A stretch of 64,000 nucleotides of DNA from the NCBI GenBank assembly GCA_963736025.1, contig CAVTNH010000010.1, positions 184,506-248,505 on the forward strand, written 5' to 3'. This document shows, piece after piece, positions 60,303 to 64,000 of the stretch; the stretch's first letter is position 1; each line of letters opens with the position of its first letter. Made by a program: the position numbers and the translations under genes. The notes under the pieces are model-generated. The model made no database searches. It saw nothing but the letters and a program-made list of their open reading frames with translations, and was not told the origin of the DNA. This stretch comes from an uncultured Chloroflexia bacterium. GTDB taxonomy: Bacteria > Chloroflexota > Limnocylindria > Limnocylindrales > CSP1-4.

Positions 60303-60884
60303 TCAGCCGCGGTCTGCCCGGGGTGCCTTCCGCGGGTTGCCCTTCTTGACGGTGGCGCCGCGGCCAGGTTCCCAGCGCGGGCCGTCATCGTCGTCGCCGT
60401 CGTCGGCGCCGGGTGGGCGGGGCGGCGCCGGCGGTCGCGGTTTGGTGGAGCGCGTCGTCGTCCGGTCCAGGCGGCCGAGCAGCCAGGAGGTCCGCGCGGT
60501 TCGAGCGCCCTTGAGCTGGAGCGCATAGCGGAGGTCGCGGTCGTCGGTGACCACCAGGATCGCGGCGGTGCCGTCCGCGCCGTCGGTCGCGCGCGTCTCG
60601 TCGACCAGGCCGAGCAGGACGTCGTCTGCCGTGCGGCCGCCGCTGTAGCGGACCCGCATGCCCGAGGCGATCCGCTCACCCCGGAGACCGGGTTCCGACG
60701 GCCCATCGAAGACGACATCGATGGCGACCGAGGGCGGGACCACGCCTCGCAGGCGCCCGATCAGCGCGCCGCGCGGTGCCGCGACCGTCGACTTCGAGAG
60801 CGCGTGCAGCAGGTTGGTCCCGTCCACGAGGAGCCATTCCGTGCTCGCGAGCGGGTCGGAGCTCTTGTAGGGCATGGGCTGCAT
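60303..60884 (-). CDS. NYN/PIN-like (YacP-type) domain protein
   Basis: EWLLVDGTNLLHAL, VAIDVVFDG, RVRYSGGRTADDVL, AILVVTDDRDLR. Basic/acidic disordered tail. Confidence 0.8.
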   Translation of the reverse strand: MQPMPYKSSDPLASTEWLLVDGTNLLHALSKSTVAAPRGALIGRLRGVVPPSVAIDVVFDGPSEPGLRGERIASGMRVRYSGGRTADDVLLGLVDETRATDGADGTAAILVVTDDRDLRYALQLKGARTARTSWLLGRLDRTTTRSTKPRPPAPPRPPGADDGDDDDGPRWEPGRGATVKKGNPRKAPRADRG

Positions 60885-60996
60885 CGTAGCGGTGATGCCC
60901 TCAGGGCCGAGCCCGCGCCTGCTTTCCCGTGCCTGCCTTTATGCACGATTCCGGCGGGGGGTCGTTGTCCGTCCGCTATGCCCGTCGGATGCATAT

Positions 60997-61118
60997 GCAT
61001 CCATGGGCATACGCGGGCATCGGGTTGATCGGAGGCCGTGTGCATCCTTTGGCCCACGCGGACAACGGAGACGATCGGGGGCCGCATGCATCCATTGGCA
61101 TATGCGGGAAGGGACGAC
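60997..61118. repeat. three 23-bp direct repeats plus a 16-bp perfect palindrome in a divergent intergenic region
   Basis: ATGCATCCATGGGCATACGCGGG (61005), GTGCATCCTTTGGCCCACGCGGA (61050) and ATGCATCCATTGGCATATGCGGG (61096), spaced 45 and 46 bp. Palindrome GGATGCATATGCATCC at 60997-61012. Confidence 0.6.
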
Positions 61119-61198
61119 CCGATCGCGAAATCGTGCATAGGATCGGCCTGGAGACGCGGCCCGGACGCGGCGACTGAGCGGGGCGCTACGATCGGCGG

Positions 61199-62044
61199 GT
61201 GAGCCTGCTGCTGCTGGTCGATCTCGACGGCGTCGTCTATCGCGGCTCGGAGCCCGTGCCCGGCGTCGCCGAGGTGCTCGCGGACCGCGCCGCCAAGGGT
61301 GACGACGTCGTCTACGTGACGAACAACTCGATGCACTATCGGACCGACTACGTCACCCGCCTCACCAAGATGGGCGCGCCGGTCACGGCCGAGACCGTCG
61401 TGTCGTCGGCGCGGGCCACGGCCCTCCACATCGCCAACCACGAGCCGTCGATCCACCGCGTGCTCGTGCTCGGCGCCAGCGGCCTGGAGCGCGAGCTGCG
61501 CGACGTCGGGCTCGATGTCGTCACCGCGGGCGCCGCCGCCACGCGCATGCACCAGGAGGGCATCGACGGTCGCGCCGCGGCCGGCGACCCTGACGCCGTC
61601 GTGACCGGCCTCGATCCGAACCTGACCTACCTGCGGCTCGCGGCGGCCTGCGACTGCATCCGGGCCGGCGCCCGGTTCATCGCGACGAACCGCGATCCGG
61701 TCTACCCGACCGAGCGCGGCCTCCGGCCCGGTGCGGGCAGCATCGCGGCCGCCGTGGAGGCCTCGACCGGGACGACCCCGCTGGTCATCGGCAAGCCCGG
61801 CTCCCACCTGCTCGAGCTCGCGGCGGAAGCCGTCGGACGCGACGTCAGGGAAGCCGTGATGATCGGCGACGCGATCCACAGCGACCTGGCCGCCGCCCGG
61901 GCCGTCGGGGCGCGCTGCATCCTCATGCTGACCGGTGTCACGACGCGAGCGCAGATCGACGCGCTCTCGACCGACGACCGACCGACCGCGATCGCGTCGG
62001 ATGCCGCTGCGCTGGCGGCTGCGCTCGAGTCCGTGTCGTCCTGA
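61199..62044 (+). CDS. HAD-IIA family hydrolase (NagD/PNPase-like phosphatase)
   Basis: Intact 281-aa ORF with GTG start. LLLVDLDGVVYRG, VYVTNNS, GKPG, MIGDAIHSDL. Confidence 0.9.
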   Translation: MSLLLLVDLDGVVYRGSEPVPGVAEVLADRAAKGDDVVYVTNNSMHYRTDYVTRLTKMGAPVTAETVVSSARATALHIANHEPSIHRVLVLGASGLERELRDVGLDVVTAGAAATRMHQEGIDGRAAAGDPDAVVTGLDPNLTYLRLAAACDCIRAGARFIATNRDPVYPTERGLRPGAGSIAAAVEASTGTTPLVIGKPGSHLLELAAEAVGRDVREAVMIGDAIHSDLAAARAVGARCILMLTGVTTRAQIDALSTDDRPTAIASDAAALAAALESVSS

Positions 62045-62066
62045 CCCGGCCGCCTCGAGTCGCGGA

Positions 62067-62273
62067 TCAGTGGCCCGGGGAGGGCCGCCCCAGCCGGTCG
62101 AGCATCCGACGGAAGAAGCTCGGTGGCTCCGGTTCCGGGACGCGGTCGTCCGGCGGGTCGGTGGGTTCGTCGTGGTACTCGTCGCTGAGCGTGCCCATCG
62201 GTATCGGGATCATCGACCCATCGGTCGGGCTGAGGAACGCGCCGGCGTTGCGCTCGGCCTTGCGTTTGCTCAT
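62067..62273 (-). CDS. small acidic hypothetical protein (68 aa)
   Basis: AAGGAG SD 6 nt upstream of ATG 62273. MSKRKAERNAGAFLSPTDGSMIPIPMGTLSDEYHDEPTDPPDD... Confidence 0.5.
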   Translation of the reverse strand: MSKRKAERNAGAFLSPTDGSMIPIPMGTLSDEYHDEPTDPPDDRVPEPEPPSFFRRMLDRLGRPSPGH

Positions 62274-62370
62274 GTCGCTCCTTCGGACCGGCCGCGGCTG
62301 GGCGGCGATCCTCGGGTAACGCTGCGCCCGAACCCGCGGGGCGTCAAGCGCCGAACGGACCGCGCCGGGC

Positions 62371-63450
62371 CTAAACCTGGAGCTCGGGGATCCTCGCCGC
62401 CCACGCATCGAATCCGGAGCGGATCGGCGTCAGGGTCGCCTCGTCGGCGAAGGCGACATCGAGCGCGGACCGATCGATCGCCCAGAGCTCCGGGAGGGTC
62501 AGCCCGATCGCCTGGACCGCGTTGGCGTATTCCTCGGACAGCGTGATATCCGAGACCGTCGTGTCGTCGGTGTTGAGCGTGACCGGCACGCCCAGCCGAT
62601 GCAGTCGCGCGAGCGGGTGATCGGCGACGCTCGGCACGATCCCGGCCTGCCAGTTCGAGGACGGACACAGGTCGAGGGGCACGCCACGGGCCGTCAACTC
62701 GGCACAGAGGGGCGCGTCGTCGATGGCGCCCGGTCCGTGCGCGATCCGCTCCGGATCCATCGCGAGGGCGCGCCGGACCTGCCCCGCACCGCCCCACTCG
62801 CCGGCGTGCAGGGTGATCCGCAGGCCGCCGGCGCGAGCGGTCTCGAACGCGGCTGCGTGCAGTGCCGGGTCCGGGTAGGCCGCCTCGGGGCCGGCCAGGT
62901 CCCAGCCGGTCAGCCCCTGGTCGCGGAACCGGACCGCGGTCTCGGCGAGCTCGAGGTTCGCGGCCGGGTCGTGCGAGCGAAGGGCCGTGCAGATGAGCCG
63001 GACCGCGATCCCCGTGCGCGCCGCCGCGTCCGAGGCCCCGGCACAGACCGCGCCGATGCCGTCCGCCAGCGAGAGCCCGCGCGCGACGTGCAGGAGCGGG
63101 CCCCAGCGGATCTCGACGTAGCGGACGTTGTCGGCCGCCTTCGTCTCGACCAGTTCGGCCGTGATCCGCTCGAGGGCGTCGGCGTCCTGCATCAGGGCGA
63201 TCGGCAGATCGAACGCGCGCAGCAGCTCGGCCTGGTCGCGGCACGGCATCGGTGCGATGAGCGCGGCGGACATGCCGGCCCACGTCGTCGGGGCGTCGAT
63301 CCCGCGGCTGCTGGCGATGTCGAGCGCGGTCGCGACCCGGAGCGAGCCGTCGAGGTGCAGGTGGAGCTCCGCCTTCGGCATCGCCTCGACGAGGCGACGG
63401 AGCGGTTCGCCGGTGAGTGGCGCCCGGTCGGCGTCGGAAGGGTTCGTCAT
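62371..63450 (-). CDS. add: adenosine deaminase
   Basis: Intact 359-aa ORF. PKAELHLHLDGSL, VRYVEIRWGP, ITLHAGEWGG, CPSSNWQ, VTLNTDDTTVS. Confidence 0.9.
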   Translation of the reverse strand: MTNPSDADRAPLTGEPLRRLVEAMPKAELHLHLDGSLRVATALDIASSRGIDAPTTWAGMSAALIAPMPCRDQAELLRAFDLPIALMQDADALERITAELVETKAADNVRYVEIRWGPLLHVARGLSLADGIGAVCAGASDAAARTGIAVRLICTALRSHDPAANLELAETAVRFRDQGLTGWDLAGPEAAYPDPALHAAAFETARAGGLRITLHAGEWGGAGQVRRALAMDPERIAHGPGAIDDAPLCAELTARGVPLDLCPSSNWQAGIVPSVADHPLARLHRLGVPVTLNTDDTTVSDITLSEEYANAVQAIGLTLPELWAIDRSALDVAFADEATLTPIRSGFDAWAARIPELQV

Positions 63451-63475
63451 CCGCCGATGCTACGATTCCGCGGTC

Positions 63476-64000
63476 GTGTCCACCATCCTCGTCACGGGTG
63501 CCTCGGGATTCGTCGGGAGCTGGACCCTGCCGGCCCTCCTCGACGCCGGCCACCGCGTCGTCGCCCTCGTGCGCACGGGGACTGCCGGCGACCTCGTCCT
63601 GGAACGCCTGCCGGCCGCCTGGCGCGACCGCGTGGAGCCGCGGATCGGCGACGTCACCAAGCCCCCGACCGTGGCCGCGGCACTGGCCGGCGCCGACGCC
63701 GTCCTCCATCTCGTCGCGATCCCGCGCGACTACCGGGGCGGCGCGGACCTGCGGTTCATCAACACGGAGGGGACGCGCGCCGTCGTCGAATCGATGAAGA
63801 CGGCCGGCGTCGGGCGACTCGTCCACATGGGTGCGATGGGCGTCGAGGACGACCCGAGCCTCCACTACGCGAGCTCGAAGGCCAAGGCCGAGGCGCTGGT
63901 CGCGGCGTCCGGGCTCGAGTGGACGATCCTCAAGCCCTCGCTCCAGTTCGGGCAGGGCGACGGGTTCTTCAACATCATCGCGGACCTGGCCCGGCTGTCA
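63476..64000 (+). CDS. NAD(P)-binding SDR/NmrA-like epimerase-dehydratase family protein, 3' end outside window
   Basis: GTG 63476. Rossmann motif ILVTGASGFVGSW. YASSKAKAE (Y-x-x-x-K). Frame is open to the window end (175 codons). Confidence 0.8.
   Translation, partial: MSTILVTGASGFVGSWTLPALLDAGHRVVALVRTGTAGDLVLERLPAAWRDRVEPRIGDVTKPPTVAAALAGADAVLHLVAIPRDYRGGADLRFINTEGTRAVVESMKTAGVGRLVHMGAMGVEDDPSLHYASSKAKAEALVAASGLEWTILKPSLQFGQGDGFFNIIADLARLS

Overview
High-GC (roughly 70 percent by eye) chromosomal segment from an Actinomycetota- or Chloroflexota-like bacterium. The lineage guess rests on a PAC2 chaperone, F420/LLM enzymes, a PafBC-like WYL regulator and a DesA-type desaturase. About 70 protein-coding genes sit on both strands. 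I can support no rRNA, tRNA, CRISPR array, transposase or integrase. Recognisable content includes B12-dependent ribonucleotide reductase nrdJ with upstream NrdR boxes, and an ftsZ located away from any dcw cluster. There is a ROK-regulated sugar (GlcNAc/chitobiose-like) ABC uptake operon with GH3 and SIS genes, and an atypical FtsH-like protease operon. Also present are ccsA, adenosine deaminase, amidase, a class III adenylate cyclase, patatin, acyl-ACP desaturase, three amidohydrolases, and many VOC/cupin/hydrolase genes. About 35 apparent single-base frame shifts break about 24 otherwise well-conserved genes. These are most likely assembly indels, with true pseudogenisation as the alternative, so many calls below join two or three ORF-track fragments. 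The best novelty candidates follow. (1) A tight operon encoding a tandem UDG-fold protein, an amidohydrolase and an S41 peptidase. (2) An FtsZ with an apparent N-terminal transmembrane helix. (3) An FtsH-like protease with a Gly/Met-rich insert, co-operonic with two paralogous membrane-anchored proteins. (4) Several unexplained repeat or structured intergenic elements: a phased CCACG array upstream of nrdJ, three 23-bp direct repeats at 61.0 kb, and an SD-sequestering leader at 22.7 kb.
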